Positions 1 to 8,388 of a DNA stretch of 64,000 nucleotides are shown piece after piece. Within the stretch, counting starts at the first letter, position 1. Each line of letters begins with the position of its first letter. The stretch is from Escherichia phage vB_EcoM_G5211, in sequence record MK327947.1; one strand, written 5' to 3'. The position numbers and the translations under genes are program-made. The notes beneath the pieces were generated by a model, which had not been told where the DNA came from, did not search any database, and saw nothing but the letters and a program-made list of their open reading frames with translations.

Positions 1-1233
1 ACTCCGACTAGCCAGATCTTTGCAATCCGTTCTGTATACGGTGGCGATCCGCTGAAATCCGATGCTCGCGAAGCATTCCACCCGATGTTTGCGCCGGATG
101 TATATCATAGCTCTCTTGCCGCTAAAGACGCAACCGCAAGCTCTCCGACTGGTACTGCATTCCAGAAACTGCAAAACAGCCAAGCAATCAACGAAGGTGA
201 TATTGTATATCACGTATTCGAACAGACTGGTATTGCATATCTGCAAAACGTTAAAGGTTCTACCGTAACACCTACTCAGGCGGGAGATACCCTTGATGAA
301 TGCGTAATGAAGCTGATCGAAAAAGGCGAACTGGCTGAAATTGCTGCTGGTATGGCTACTTCCATCGCTGAATTGCAGCAAGGGTTTAATGGTTCTCAGA
401 ATAACCCGTGGAACGAAATGTCAATGCGTATTGACAAACAGGTTGTTGAAGCGAAATCTCGCCAACTGAAAGCCCGTTACTCTATCGAAGTTGCGCAGGA
501 TCTGCGTGCTGTACACGGTATGGATGCTGACGCTGAACTGAATGCTATCCTGGCTAACGAAGTTCTGCTGGAAATCAACCGTGAAATCGTTGACGTCATC
601 AACTTTACCGCTCAGGTTGGTAAGACTGGTATGACTCAGACCGTTGGTTCTAAAGCTGGTGTATTTGACCTGCAAGACCCGATCGATACTCGCGGTGCTC
701 GTTGGGCTGGTGAATCCTTCAAATCTCTGATCTATCAGATCGACAAAGAAGCTGCTGAAATCGCTCGTCAGACTGGTCGCGGTGCTGGTAACTTTATTAT
801 CGCTTCCCGTAACGTTGTAAACATTCTGGCTTCTGCTGATCAGGGTATCAGTCTTGCTATGCAGGGTGCTGCACAGGGTCTGAACACCGACACCACTAAA
901 GCTGTTTTCGCTGGTGTTCTGGCTGGTAAGTATAAAGTATTCATCGACCAGTATGCTCGTCAGGACTACTTCACCGTAGGTTACAAAGGCGACAACGAAA
1001 TGGATGCTGGTATCTACTATGCTCCGTATGTTGCTCTGACTCCGCTGCGTGCAACTGATCCGCAGTCTTTCCACCCGGTTCTGGGCTTCAAGACTCGCTA
1101 CGGCATCGGTATTAACCCGTTTGCAGACAGCAAATCCCAGGCACCGTCCGCTCGCATCACCTCCGGTATGTTGAGCAAAGACAGCGTAGGTAAAAACGCA
1201 TACTTCCGTCGTGTATGGGTTAAAGGTTGCTAA
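1..1233 (+). CDS. 23: major capsid protein gp23, C-terminal ~410 codons (5' end lies upstream of the window)
   Basis: Frame 1 is open from base 1; translation (..GARWAGESFKSLIYQIDKEA..GYKGDNEMDAGIYYAPYVALTPLR..FRRVWVKGC) matches the T4 gp23 C-terminal region as recalled. Confidence 0.95.
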   Translation, partial: TPTSQIFAIRSVYGGDPLKSDAREAFHPMFAPDVYHSSLAAKDATASSPTGTAFQKLQNSQAINEGDIVYHVFEQTGIAYLQNVKGSTVTPTQAGDTLDECVMKLIEKGELAEIAAGMATSIAELQQGFNGSQNNPWNEMSMRIDKQVVEAKSRQLKARYSIEVAQDLRAVHGMDADAELNAILANEVLLEINREIVDVINFTAQVGKTGMTQTVGSKAGVFDLQDPIDTRGARWAGESFKSLIYQIDKEAAEIARQTGRGAGNFIIASRNVVNILASADQGISLAMQGAAQGLNTDTTKAVFAGVLAGKYKVFIDQYARQDYFTVGYKGDNEMDAGIYYAPYVALTPLRATDPQSFHPVLGFKTRYGIGINPFADSKSQAPSARITSGMLSKDSVGKNAYFRRVWVKGC

Positions 1234-1318
1234 TATAAGCCAATTCCTGAAAACTCCGGTCGGGTGCAATACCCGACTTATCATAAACCTTATGACAGTG
1301 TAAAGTGTTAATTCCAAA

Positions 1319-1348
1319 GGGAAGACTCGAAAGGGTCTTCCCTTTTTG
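1319..1348 (+). terminator. intrinsic terminator downstream of gene 23
   Basis: Stem GGGAAGAC/GTCTTCCC followed by TTTTT; a second hairpin GTCGGGT/ACCCGAC lies at ~1259-1277. Confidence 0.6.
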
Positions 1349-1363
1349 CGTATTATATCCCGT

Positions 1364-1371
1364 TATAAATA
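1364..1371 (+). promoter_or_regulatory. T4-type late promoter motif TATAAATA
   Basis: Exact TATAAATA octamer in the 23-24 intergenic region. Confidence 0.35.
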
Positions 1372-1732
1372 AGGTTGCAAGCCTATATTCTATTGGGAGC
1401 GAAAATAGATACACACAACAAAGACAGGAAGATGCAGAACATCGGTGGGTTGCTAGCCTAAATCCGGTGGCTATAATATGTGATTTCTTTTGATGCTGGA
1501 TTTATTAAAACACAACAAACAATTCCACCAATTTTCGTAGTAACTGCATGGCAAAGGGACAAATGAATGAAATGAGCGTTCATGTTGATATTGGGTCGGA
1601 TAGATTTTGTAGATATACAGATCTGGTGTATGCCGACCTTGTTATGACATTCCAGCGTGACGCTAGCGGTAATTTTTGGTTTTGGTACGCTGTTCCCTGA
1701 ATTAACCCAAAATTCTCCATAAGGAGGAATGC

Positions 1733-1885
1733 ATGAGTAAGAAAGAAAACAGCTATGTTATGACTCGTAAGGAATACAACGAATTGATGTTAGCATTAGC
1801 TTATGCAATTATTCGTTCTGATCATGCAATTAATCTGGTAAACAAAGTTAACCGTAGCGTTGATAATGTTTCTAGGAAGAAGTAA
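1733..1885 (+). CDS. small hypothetical protein (50 aa), not in the ORF track
   Basis: ATG preceded by AGGAGG at 1723-1728; translation MSKKENSYVMTRKEYNELMLALAYAIIRSDHAINLVNKVNRSVDNVSRKK. Confidence 0.5.
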   Translation: MSKKENSYVMTRKEYNELMLALAYAIIRSDHAINLVNKVNRSVDNVSRKK

Positions 1886-1894
1886 GTTTATTTT

Positions 1895-1922
1895 GGAATC
1901 CTTCGGATTCCTTTTTCTTTTT
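1895..1922 (+). terminator. hairpin plus T-run terminator
   Basis: GGAATC-cttcg-GATTCC followed by TTTTTCTTTTT. Confidence 0.5.
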
Positions 1923-1923
1923 G

Positions 1924-1931
1924 TATAAATA
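1924..1931 (+). promoter_or_regulatory. late promoter TATAAATA upstream of gene 24
   Basis: Exact TATAAATA about 40 nt upstream of the gene 24 ATG. Confidence 0.6.
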
Positions 1932-1968
1932 TGATATATCCATTAAGGCAAATACAGGATTCATAAAC

Positions 1969-3210
1969 ATGACTCATATTTTTACTGAACTGTTGCGGGA
2001 ATCTACTTCCTCAGTAGCTAACCAGACAGCGCGACCGCAACTATTATCATTAACTCGCGCGGTAAACAACCTGATTTTCTCTGATCTGGTAGCAATCCAG
2101 CCAACGGATCAACCAGTATCTGCATTGTACGGCCTACGTTATCTTAATCGTGATGGTCAGATGACTTTCCGAACTGCTGCGACCTACGGTGGCGCGGCTG
2201 GTGATCGCACAGAGATTGAAGAGTTTTCAAAAGAAAAATCTTATGACGAAGGCGCACTGTTCAAATCAGGCGATGTTGTATACGAAGTTGTGACCGCTGG
2301 TACAGTCGGTGAAGATGCCGAAACTCCAGAATCTGCAATCTTTAAAGGCGTAATGACAAACAAAATTCGTTTCTATAGCGATTGTGCATCGGTAGAATAC
2401 TTTGAAGATAAAAACACCGAAATTGCGTCTACCTCTATGCAGTTTGACAAGTGGCAAGTTAATGTAGGTTCTCGTAAACTGAAAACCTCGTTCACCACTG
2501 AATTAATGCAGGATCTTGAGGCAAGCCAAATCAACTCTGAAAACTCTGTAATTGATCTTCTGGCTACTGTTGCTTCCGAAGAGATCAACAAAGATATTAT
2601 TCAGAAGTTGATCACTGTATCATCTCGCTATAAAATTAAAGGGATCACCCCTGATGGCGTACTTTCTCTCGTTAGCGTTCAGGATGCACCAACACAATCG
2701 CGTGAACTTTACCGCTATGCTTGCGAGATGAGCAATCAAATGTTGCGGACTTCCTCCTTTGCTGGTACATACGTTTTGGCGTCTTCTCGCGTGGTTGGCC
2801 TCCTGCAATCATCCGGTTGGATGGAAGAAACCGACAATGCTCTAAGCGAAGGTCGTCTACGTTGCGGTCTGGAAGTGTACGCAGACACGACAACACCTTT
2901 CGATTATATGCTCGTTGGTTGTAAGCACATGATCGGTGATATGGAGAGTGTCGGTTCTCTGTTCTACTCCCCATATACAGAAGCCGACGGCGCTGGCGCG
3001 TATAAGAGCGTAATTGACCCTAATAGCTTCCAGCATCATGTAGCTATTATGAATCGTTATTCACTCTCTGTCAACCCATACACATCAAAAGTTGATCAGG
3101 AAGAACACCAGGTCATCAAGGGTGACGATTGGGGTAAAATGGCTGGACGTTCAGAAATGTCCTACATTTTAGGAATCGAACTGCCACCACTTGAGATTGA
3201 CAACGCTTAA
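1969..3210 (+). CDS. 24: capsid vertex protein gp24
   Basis: Translation from the internal ATG (MTHIFTELLREST..) parallels T4 gp24 in length and motifs (NPYT, YSPYTE); the track ORF starts at an upstream TTG. Confidence 0.9.
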   Translation: MTHIFTELLRESTSSVANQTARPQLLSLTRAVNNLIFSDLVAIQPTDQPVSALYGLRYLNRDGQMTFRTAATYGGAAGDRTEIEEFSKEKSYDEGALFKSGDVVYEVVTAGTVGEDAETPESAIFKGVMTNKIRFYSDCASVEYFEDKNTEIASTSMQFDKWQVNVGSRKLKTSFTTELMQDLEASQINSENSVIDLLATVASEEINKDIIQKLITVSSRYKIKGITPDGVLSLVSVQDAPTQSRELYRYACEMSNQMLRTSSFAGTYVLASSRVVGLLQSSGWMEETDNALSEGRLRCGLEVYADTTTPFDYMLVGCKHMIGDMESVGSLFYSPYTEADGAGAYKSVIDPNSFQHHVAIMNRYSLSVNPYTSKVDQEEHQVIKGDDWGKMAGRSEMSYILGIELPPLEIDNA

Positions 3211-3798
3211 CTAAATATCTAACCAAGACAAGTCAGATCCGCCAAAGATTTTTTCGACGGCGGATCTATTTTCTTGATGATATAAGTTAAAACATGGTAT
3301 CCCATGTCTACGGGCAACATAAACAGCAATTCTAGTTCCTCCCGAAACGATTCCATTAACTTCTTTCGCCCAAAATATCACACAATCTACAGGGTCATCA
3401 AGTGTCTCACCTAAGACTTGAGCAACATTTCTAGAAAACAGATTTTGCATGTATAACGGTATAGAACGAGGATTATCATAAACGTGTTCTAATTCATCCA
3501 TCGCCAGATTTTTTTGTTCTAAGGTTTGCCATGCAATCACATCATGACCGTTATGCTTGTGGTCATAAAACTTCCAATTTGGAATGAAAATTTTTCTATA
3601 ATCTGGATCGTAATACTTCATGAAAGCATTGTCCATACCGTAAGCCCCTCCAGAATGCGCTACAACGCGATTTTCTGACAATACCCTCCCAATGGTACTA
3701 GCCATTATCAAAATGTCGCTAGGCGCTTTTCTAGAGCCTATTAAAGCACATCTACGAAGTGGTTTTACTCCAAATAGATCTTGTAACTGGTCAAACAT
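3211..3798 (-). CDS. hypothetical protein, SLOG/DprA-like Rossmann motif
   Basis: 195-aa ORF with GGAGGA RBS; motif ALIGSRK..VVAHSGGAYGMD resembles the DprA/LOG-type Rossmann signature. Confidence 0.6.
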   Translation of the reverse strand: MFDQLQDLFGVKPLRRCALIGSRKAPSDILIMASTIGRVLSENRVVAHSGGAYGMDNAFMKYYDPDYRKIFIPNWKFYDHKHNGHDVIAWQTLEQKNLAMDELEHVYDNPRSIPLYMQNLFSRNVAQVLGETLDDPVDCVIFWAKEVNGIVSGGTRIAVYVARRHGIPCFNLYHQENRSAVEKIFGGSDLSWLDI

Positions 3799-3951
3799 AA
3801 TATTTCCTCCATAGAAAGCAATATCATACTACAAGTTAATAACAAATACAAGTATCCGCGTAGCGGAAGCGAGCACAGCGAGCAATAAAAACACTTCCAG
3901 TAATTGATTAATAAATGTTCGAAACAAATTTTTATTATTCTATAAGATAAG

Positions 3952-3977
3952 TCTTCGTTTTGATCATAATTTAATCA
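3952..3977. repeat. 26-bp perfect direct repeat, copy 1
   Basis: tcttcgttttgatcataatttaatca; identical copy ~150 bp downstream with similar flanks. Confidence 0.7.
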
Positions 3978-4100
3978 CACATGTAAAAACTACACAAAAG
4001 GATATCGCTTCGCGAACTCCTACGGAGTATAACATTTGTGTTACAATATGTAGTGATTAATAATTAACCAAAGATACATTTTCTATGTTCTAAAGATCTT

Positions 4101-4126
4101 TCTTCGTTTTGATCATAATTTAATCA
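4101..4126. repeat. 26-bp perfect direct repeat, copy 2
   Basis: Identical to 3952-3977; both lie in a ~400-bp non-coding gap. Confidence 0.7.
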
Positions 4127-4180
4127 AACAGTATTAATATTGTGCACATGTAAACTAAAATTATGTTAATAACATATACA

Positions 4181-4205
4181 AAAAAAGCCGCCCCGAAGGA
4201 CGGCT
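4181..4205 (-). terminator. intrinsic terminator (UUCG tetraloop) on the - strand
   Basis: Minus-strand RNA AGCCGUCC-UUCG-GGGCGGCU followed by U6, just after the stop of 4214..4651. Confidence 0.6.
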
Positions 4206-4213
4206 AATGTTAA

Positions 4214-4651
4214 TTATTTGTTGATAACGATCTGATTTCGGCGAATGGTAACATTACTCTTAGAGATGATCAGATCATCCGGCACTACGTTAGTTTTGTA
4301 TGGTTGGAAGCGAACAAGCATCTGATTGCGTTTAGACCCTTCCTTAATCTTGATTTCCATCTGGATATTGTTGCCTACGTGAGCAACCGCAATTTCACCT
4401 TTATTCTCATAGACCCACTTGCTGGTAACGTCTCCAGCAAAAGCCTTAATAACTTGCAATGCTTCGTCGTATGCGGTAGAGCTGTGAACTTTCAGAAGGC
4501 CAGCCGTAGCAAGACGGGAGCAGGTGATCGCCGGAGATTGCCAAACATCAACATTAATTTGCTCAATCAGAGTAACACCGCCCTGATCAACTGCTTTGAA
4601 TGCTTCGAACATTGCCTTTTTCATTGCTACGTGGTTTTTACGGAATTTCAT
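4214..4651 (-). CDS. hypothetical protein (145 aa)
   Basis: ATG start with GAGGTGA RBS; no motif recognised. Confidence 0.7.
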   Translation of the reverse strand: MKFRKNHVAMKKAMFEAFKAVDQGGVTLIEQINVDVWQSPAITCSRLATAGLLKVHSSTAYDEALQVIKAFAGDVTSKWVYENKGEIAVAHVGNNIQMEIKIKEGSKRNQMLVRFQPYKTNVVPDDLIISKSNVTIRRNQIVINK

Positions 4652-4697
4652 AATTAGTCACCTCTATTGATTAGTTATTCAGAATATTAATTACAAA

Positions 4698-4973
4698 TCA
4701 GGACATTGCCCGTTTGAATGCGTCCATTATAACAGTGTTATTTGGCTTGTCAACACGTTTTTGAACTTTATTTTTAAATTTTTTGTTGATGTGGTGTTTA
4801 CGATAAACAACCTTTTCACGGTTGGCGTAAGCCTCGCGTGCATCTTTTACCATCAACCATGCCTTAGCCGCATCTTGTCCGCTGATCCCGCCAATCTTTT
4901 TAGCAATATCAACAAAATTAAGACCGTGGTCTTCTCGTAGCATGTAAACCATTAACGCTGTTTTCTTGTCCAT
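4698..4973 (-). CDS. hypothetical protein with helix-turn-helix-like segment (92 aa from internal ATG)
   Basis: The internal ATG overlaps the stop of the upstream ORF (TGATG), suggesting translational coupling; the track ORF extends to 5081. Confidence 0.55.
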   Translation of the reverse strand: MDKKTALMVYMLREDHGLNFVDIAKKIGGISGQDAAKAWLMVKDAREAYANREKVVYRKHHINKKFKNKVQKRVDKPNNTVIMDAFKRAMS

Positions 4974-5170
4974 CACTTCGCCCCATTGACGATTAACAGG
5001 ATAGTGATCAGCACCGGAAACTGGATCATGATAGTGCCAATAAACCGGATAAACGCATTTTCTGACTTCCACACATGACATGCGACTAGCTGATATACCA
5101 TTGTTGCCACCAAAGCCAGAAAATACATCTCGATTGGTGTTTCTTTGATCAATCGTACAATCTCATTCAT
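4973..5170 (-). CDS. small hydrophobic membrane protein (65 aa)
   Basis: ATG with GAGGTGA RBS; mostly hydrophobic sequence. Confidence 0.6.
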   Translation of the reverse strand: MNEIVRLIKETPIEMYFLALVATMVYQLVACHVWKSENAFIRFIGTIMIQFPVLITILLIVNGAK

Positions 5171-5297
5171 ACTTCACCTCATACATTCATAAACACAACA
5201 ACGAATAATACAGTAACAGTTATCAACGCCATTTTCAACCCCACATTCATAATATTTTCTTCGCCTCACTATGGACAGTAGCATGTCGATGTGTGCC

Positions 5298-5325
5298 ATT
5301 ATAGGCATCTAAATCGCTCTGTCAA
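5298..5325 (-). promoter_or_regulatory. sigma70-type early promoter, TTGACA-16-TATAAT
   Basis: Perfect -35 and -10 hexamers on the - strand, immediately downstream of the hoc terminator. Confidence 0.5.
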
Positions 5326-5334
5326 GCACAAAAA

Positions 5335-5360
5335 CAAAAAAGCCACCCCGAAGGATGGCT
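5335..5360 (-). terminator. intrinsic terminator (UUCG tetraloop) after hoc
   Basis: Minus-strand RNA AGCCAUCC-UUCG-GGGUGGCU followed by a U-run. Confidence 0.6.
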
Positions 5361-5371
5361 GATATATTTCA

Positions 5372-6586
5372 TTAAGCAGGATGCATTTCACGAATGCGTA
5401 GAACTCGCTCTAACGTCTCTCGGTCCAGTTTATGTAACTCTTTGGAATGATACATGAAACCATTGCGAGATTCCATGCAAGTGCAATCACTATATTTTTC
5501 TTCCGCTGCCGCGATTGTCTCCAGATCTTTGGCGTACTTGCTGGTTGAATAAACTTCTCGATCACGCCACTCTAACCCAGCCTCATTGAATTTAACAATC
5601 TCGTCAAATACCCACCATCCAATGTAGATAAATGAAGTTTTGCGCCACGGGATCGGGTGTACGTAACGAAACATTTTAACAACTTCCATTGAACATTTTC
5701 GGCTTGTACTTGCTGCAACTTCTACTGTTTCATCTTCGATCTGTTGATATAGTTTAGCAACACACCAGAATTTGGCTGTGTCATCGTAAGTAGCACTCTC
5801 TTTGAACAGATGACCGTCTGGCATGATAGAAAATCCTTCCAGTGCTTCGCCGGCCTCACTACCGATTAGAGTCGGTGACGGTTGCCCTTCGCGCTGCAAA
5901 TACCAGTTATATTTGATCGTCAAATTAGGCATACCGCTAGAATCGCCTACAATGTCCTCTGACACAACATAATTAAGTGATATCTCATTACCTAGTGCCA
6001 CGGTCTTTGATTCCACCACATCCTGATCTACGTTCATTGTTGCCAGCATGATTTTAGTCGATGCGCTAGCGGCTGAATCTTCCGACTCACCCCACACTTT
6101 TACAGTATACAAGCCGTTTTTATCTGCTGTAAATTCTCGGATTGTAATATCCTGTTTTGTGTCTATAACGTCTTCGCCCTTACTCCAACTATAATGTAGT
6201 TCATAGTCGTCTGCTGGAGTCTTCCCACCAGAAAATTTTACTGTTGCATGTAATTCTACGTCTTTTTGTGATGATACGTAAAAATGCTGCGGTTCGGTGA
6301 TATTTACGATTAATTCAGCTTCTTCCATGAGGAAAACTTCAGATTCTACTGATTCCGTCGTATCGGTATCTTGTACCGTTACTTTATAGCTACCCGCATT
6401 TTCACTTGTTGCGTCTGCTACAGTTAGCGTAGCTGTGTTATTTTCATGCGGTTGGTCGTCTTTTGTCCATGTATATGTCAAATTGCTGGGTAATGGTTCG
6501 TCACCCGCTACAGTCGCCGTTAAGGTGAAACCATCTCCAGCAAGAAAACATCTTTTGTTAGATTGTATTGATACTGTGAAAGCCAT
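5372..6586 (-). CDS. hoc: Hoc, highly immunogenic outer capsid protein (Ig-like repeats plus capsid-binding C-terminus)
   Basis: 404 aa; repeated Ig-like segments (..YTWTKDD.., ..YSWSKGED..) and C-terminal GWWVFDEI..ESRNG motif as in T4 Hoc. Confidence 0.85.
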   Translation of the reverse strand: MAFTVSIQSNKRCFLAGDGFTLTATVAGDEPLPSNLTYTWTKDDQPHENNTATLTVADATSENAGSYKVTVQDTDTTESVESEVFLMEEAELIVNITEPQHFYVSSQKDVELHATVKFSGGKTPADDYELHYSWSKGEDVIDTKQDITIREFTADKNGLYTVKVWGESEDSAASASTKIMLATMNVDQDVVESKTVALGNEISLNYVVSEDIVGDSSGMPNLTIKYNWYLQREGQPSPTLIGSEAGEALEGFSIMPDGHLFKESATYDDTAKFWCVAKLYQQIEDETVEVAASTSRKCSMEVVKMFRYVHPIPWRKTSFIYIGWWVFDEIVKFNEAGLEWRDREVYSTSKYAKDLETIAAAEEKYSDCTCMESRNGFMYHSKELHKLDRETLERVLRIREMHPA

Positions 6587-6755
6587 ATAAAGCCACTCCC
6601 ATCGAAAATCCGAATTTAATTAATTGAAATAGTTGATTGTCATCAACCAGATAACCATTGCGAGATTCCAATACATGAGTATTAGAATAGTGATGCAACG
6701 AGGCCGAAATAGTATCGATCTCGTCTGGGTATTTGTTCTGTTTGATGTAATACAT
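6558..6755 (-). CDS. 65-aa ORF resembling the extreme C-terminal tail of Hoc; probable gene remnant
   Basis: YPDEID..HVLESRNGYLVDD parallels the T4 Hoc tail YPEVDVQESRNGYIIHK; no RBS before this ATG; starts with YYIK as at the end of 6852..7580. Confidence 0.3.
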   Translation of the reverse strand: MYYIKQNKYPDEIDTISASLHHYSNTHVLESRNGYLVDDNQLFQLIKFGFSMGVALYGFHSINTI

Positions 6756-6851
6756 TGATTTTGTTAGACATGTAGTATCCTCTTTTTAATTGCATAACGG
6801 AACTACAATTAAAATTATAACAAATATTTCACAACTTTTATCACCCAAAAA

Positions 6852-7580
6852 TTACTTGAGTGTGTGGAATTGGCTATGTTTAGTCTCTCGCACCTTGACA
6901 GACCCATCGCGTTTGATATAATAGATCAGTGACTTGAGGGTGTCGTGTACATACGCGTGCGGGAAACGCTCTGGATACTTCTTCCAATCTGGAGTATTAA
7001 CGATCCAGTCGAAAATCCACCACGGGCAGGAGTAGTAACCACGACCGCCACCGATCAAGCAAATGGTTGGACGGAAGCCGGTAAGATCGCAAAATGAATC
7101 AGTGTCATGTGCTGGGGAACGATGTTCTGCTTCGTCAGATAAAATGTTGGCTACCTGAGATTCCACTTTAACTTCCGGTACAACCACAATTTCAACTGGT
7201 ACTGTGTGTGGTTTGGCTTCTTCTACAACTGTAACTGTAACTGTAATTGGTTCTTCTTTTTGTTCTGGTTCTTTCATTGCTTCAACCAGAGACGGATCAA
7301 CTTCGTCGAATACTACTTTATCATCTGCGGTATCTGCTGCCAGAATAAGATCGTTAATACTGGTTCCTTCTGCCGGAGTTTCTTCTTCCATTTCGGATGC
7401 CAGTTTAGTTAATTCTGTTTCTACGAACTCGATCATGTTCTCTAGTGATAGCGTCTTTTTGACCTTGATGTCAAATTGTTTTGCGTAGTCCGCTAATTCT
7501 GTTTTAGCGGCTTTCTGTGCTTCTTTGTCGTCGGACGCCGCAATAGCGCGGAGTTCTTCGAAATATTCTTTATCAAACAT
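6852..7580 (-). CDS. Hoc-family capsid-binding-domain protein with acidic, TV-rich N-terminal region (occupies the inh position)
   Basis: C-terminal SCPWWIFDWI..DWKKYPERFPHAYVHDTLKSL parallels the Hoc module (GWWVFDEI..DW..Y.H..L); AGGAGAA RBS. Confidence 0.7.
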   Translation of the reverse strand: MFDKEYFEELRAIAASDDKEAQKAAKTELADYAKQFDIKVKKTLSLENMIEFVETELTKLASEMEEETPAEGTSINDLILAADTADDKVVFDEVDPSLVEAMKEPEQKEEPITVTVTVVEEAKPHTVPVEIVVVPEVKVESQVANILSDEAEHRSPAHDTDSFCDLTGFRPTICLIGGGRGYYSCPWWIFDWIVNTPDWKKYPERFPHAYVHDTLKSLIYYIKRDGSVKVRETKHSQFHTLK

Positions 7581-7606
7581 GTTATTCTCCTGATTGGGGG
7601 TGTTTG

Positions 7607-7614
7607 TATAAATA
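7607..7614 (+). promoter_or_regulatory. late promoter motif TATAAATA upstream of the segD-like gene and uvsW
   Basis: Exact octamer in the divergent intergenic region. Confidence 0.4.
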
Positions 7615-7652
7615 TTTGTATACTGTATTTATTGCATACGGAGATTTTTACT

Positions 7653-8384
7653 ATGGCTAAAAGATTTCATTATGTTTATGAGATAAAGAATCTTGTAAAC
7701 GGCAAGCTGTATATAGGTAAACATTCTACTAACAATATGCATGATGGATATATGGGGTCTGGTGACCTTCTTCGTGCTGCATTTGAAAAATATGGCATTG
7801 AGAACTTCGAGAAGCGCATATTAAAAATGTTTGATACCGAGCAGGATGCTTACCTATACGAGAAAGAACTTGTCACTGTTGACATTGTAAAAGATCCCAA
7901 TTATTATAATGTAGTTACTGGCGGTCGTTATGACGGAGACCAGGTATACTCAGACTCTGTACGCGCTAAAATGTCTTCTTCTGCCAAAGAGCGCGTAGAA
8001 CGTGATATGAAAACTGGAAAACTAAAAAAAGCAATAGTAGGTATGCGAGAGAGTGTTTCCGGTAGCTCATGGTATAATGACGGTGTTAAATCTATACGAG
8101 TTCGAGATGGAGAAACTCCACCTGACGGATTCGTCAAGGGTAATTTACATGCTGGGTGGGACCATATAGAATGGACGGAGGAACGCAAAGCCGCTAACAG
8201 GGAAATATGTCTAAGACAAGTCCAAAAGGATCGTGAGTCCGGTGCTCTCGCCGAGCGTGTAGCAAGGCTTAACGATTTTCATACTGGCAGTAAGTGGTAT
8301 AACAACGGGGTAGTTAATAAGGTCGTGAAACGCGGTGACACCCCTCCTGATGGTTTTGTTCTTGGAAAACTTGTTAAAAGGTGA
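7653..8384 (+). CDS. segD: GIY-YIG homing endonuclease, Seg-like (segD position)
   Basis: N-terminal HYVYEIKNLVNGKLYIGKHS GIY-YIG motif; GGAG RBS; duplicated GDTPPDGFV segments near the C-terminus. Confidence 0.75.
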   Translation: MAKRFHYVYEIKNLVNGKLYIGKHSTNNMHDGYMGSGDLLRAAFEKYGIENFEKRILKMFDTEQDAYLYEKELVTVDIVKDPNYYNVVTGGRYDGDQVYSDSVRAKMSSSAKERVERDMKTGKLKKAIVGMRESVSGSSWYNDGVKSIRVRDGETPPDGFVKGNLHAGWDHIEWTEERKAANREICLRQVQKDRESGALAERVARLNDFHTGSKWYNNGVVNKVVKRGDTPPDGFVLGKLVKR

Positions 8385-8388
8385 TGTG

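Noticed and set aside
421-1317. 298-aa ORF on the - strand inside gene 23, and similar antisense ORFs inside genes 24, 29, 34, 37 and alt
   Set aside because: They lie wholly within strongly supported genes on the opposite strand, lack RBS and have low-complexity composition; typical shadow ORFs.
3800-4210. tRNA gene in the 400-bp non-coding gap
   Set aside because: No cloverleaf-compatible segment or GTTCGAATC-type T-arm was seen by eye; a tRNA scan would be needed to exclude it.
7204-7488. aactgt x3 tandem repeat and + strand ORFs with CNCNCN low-complexity translation
   Set aside because: The repeat encodes the TVTVTV segment of the - strand Hoc-like gene; the + strand ORFs are its antisense shadow.
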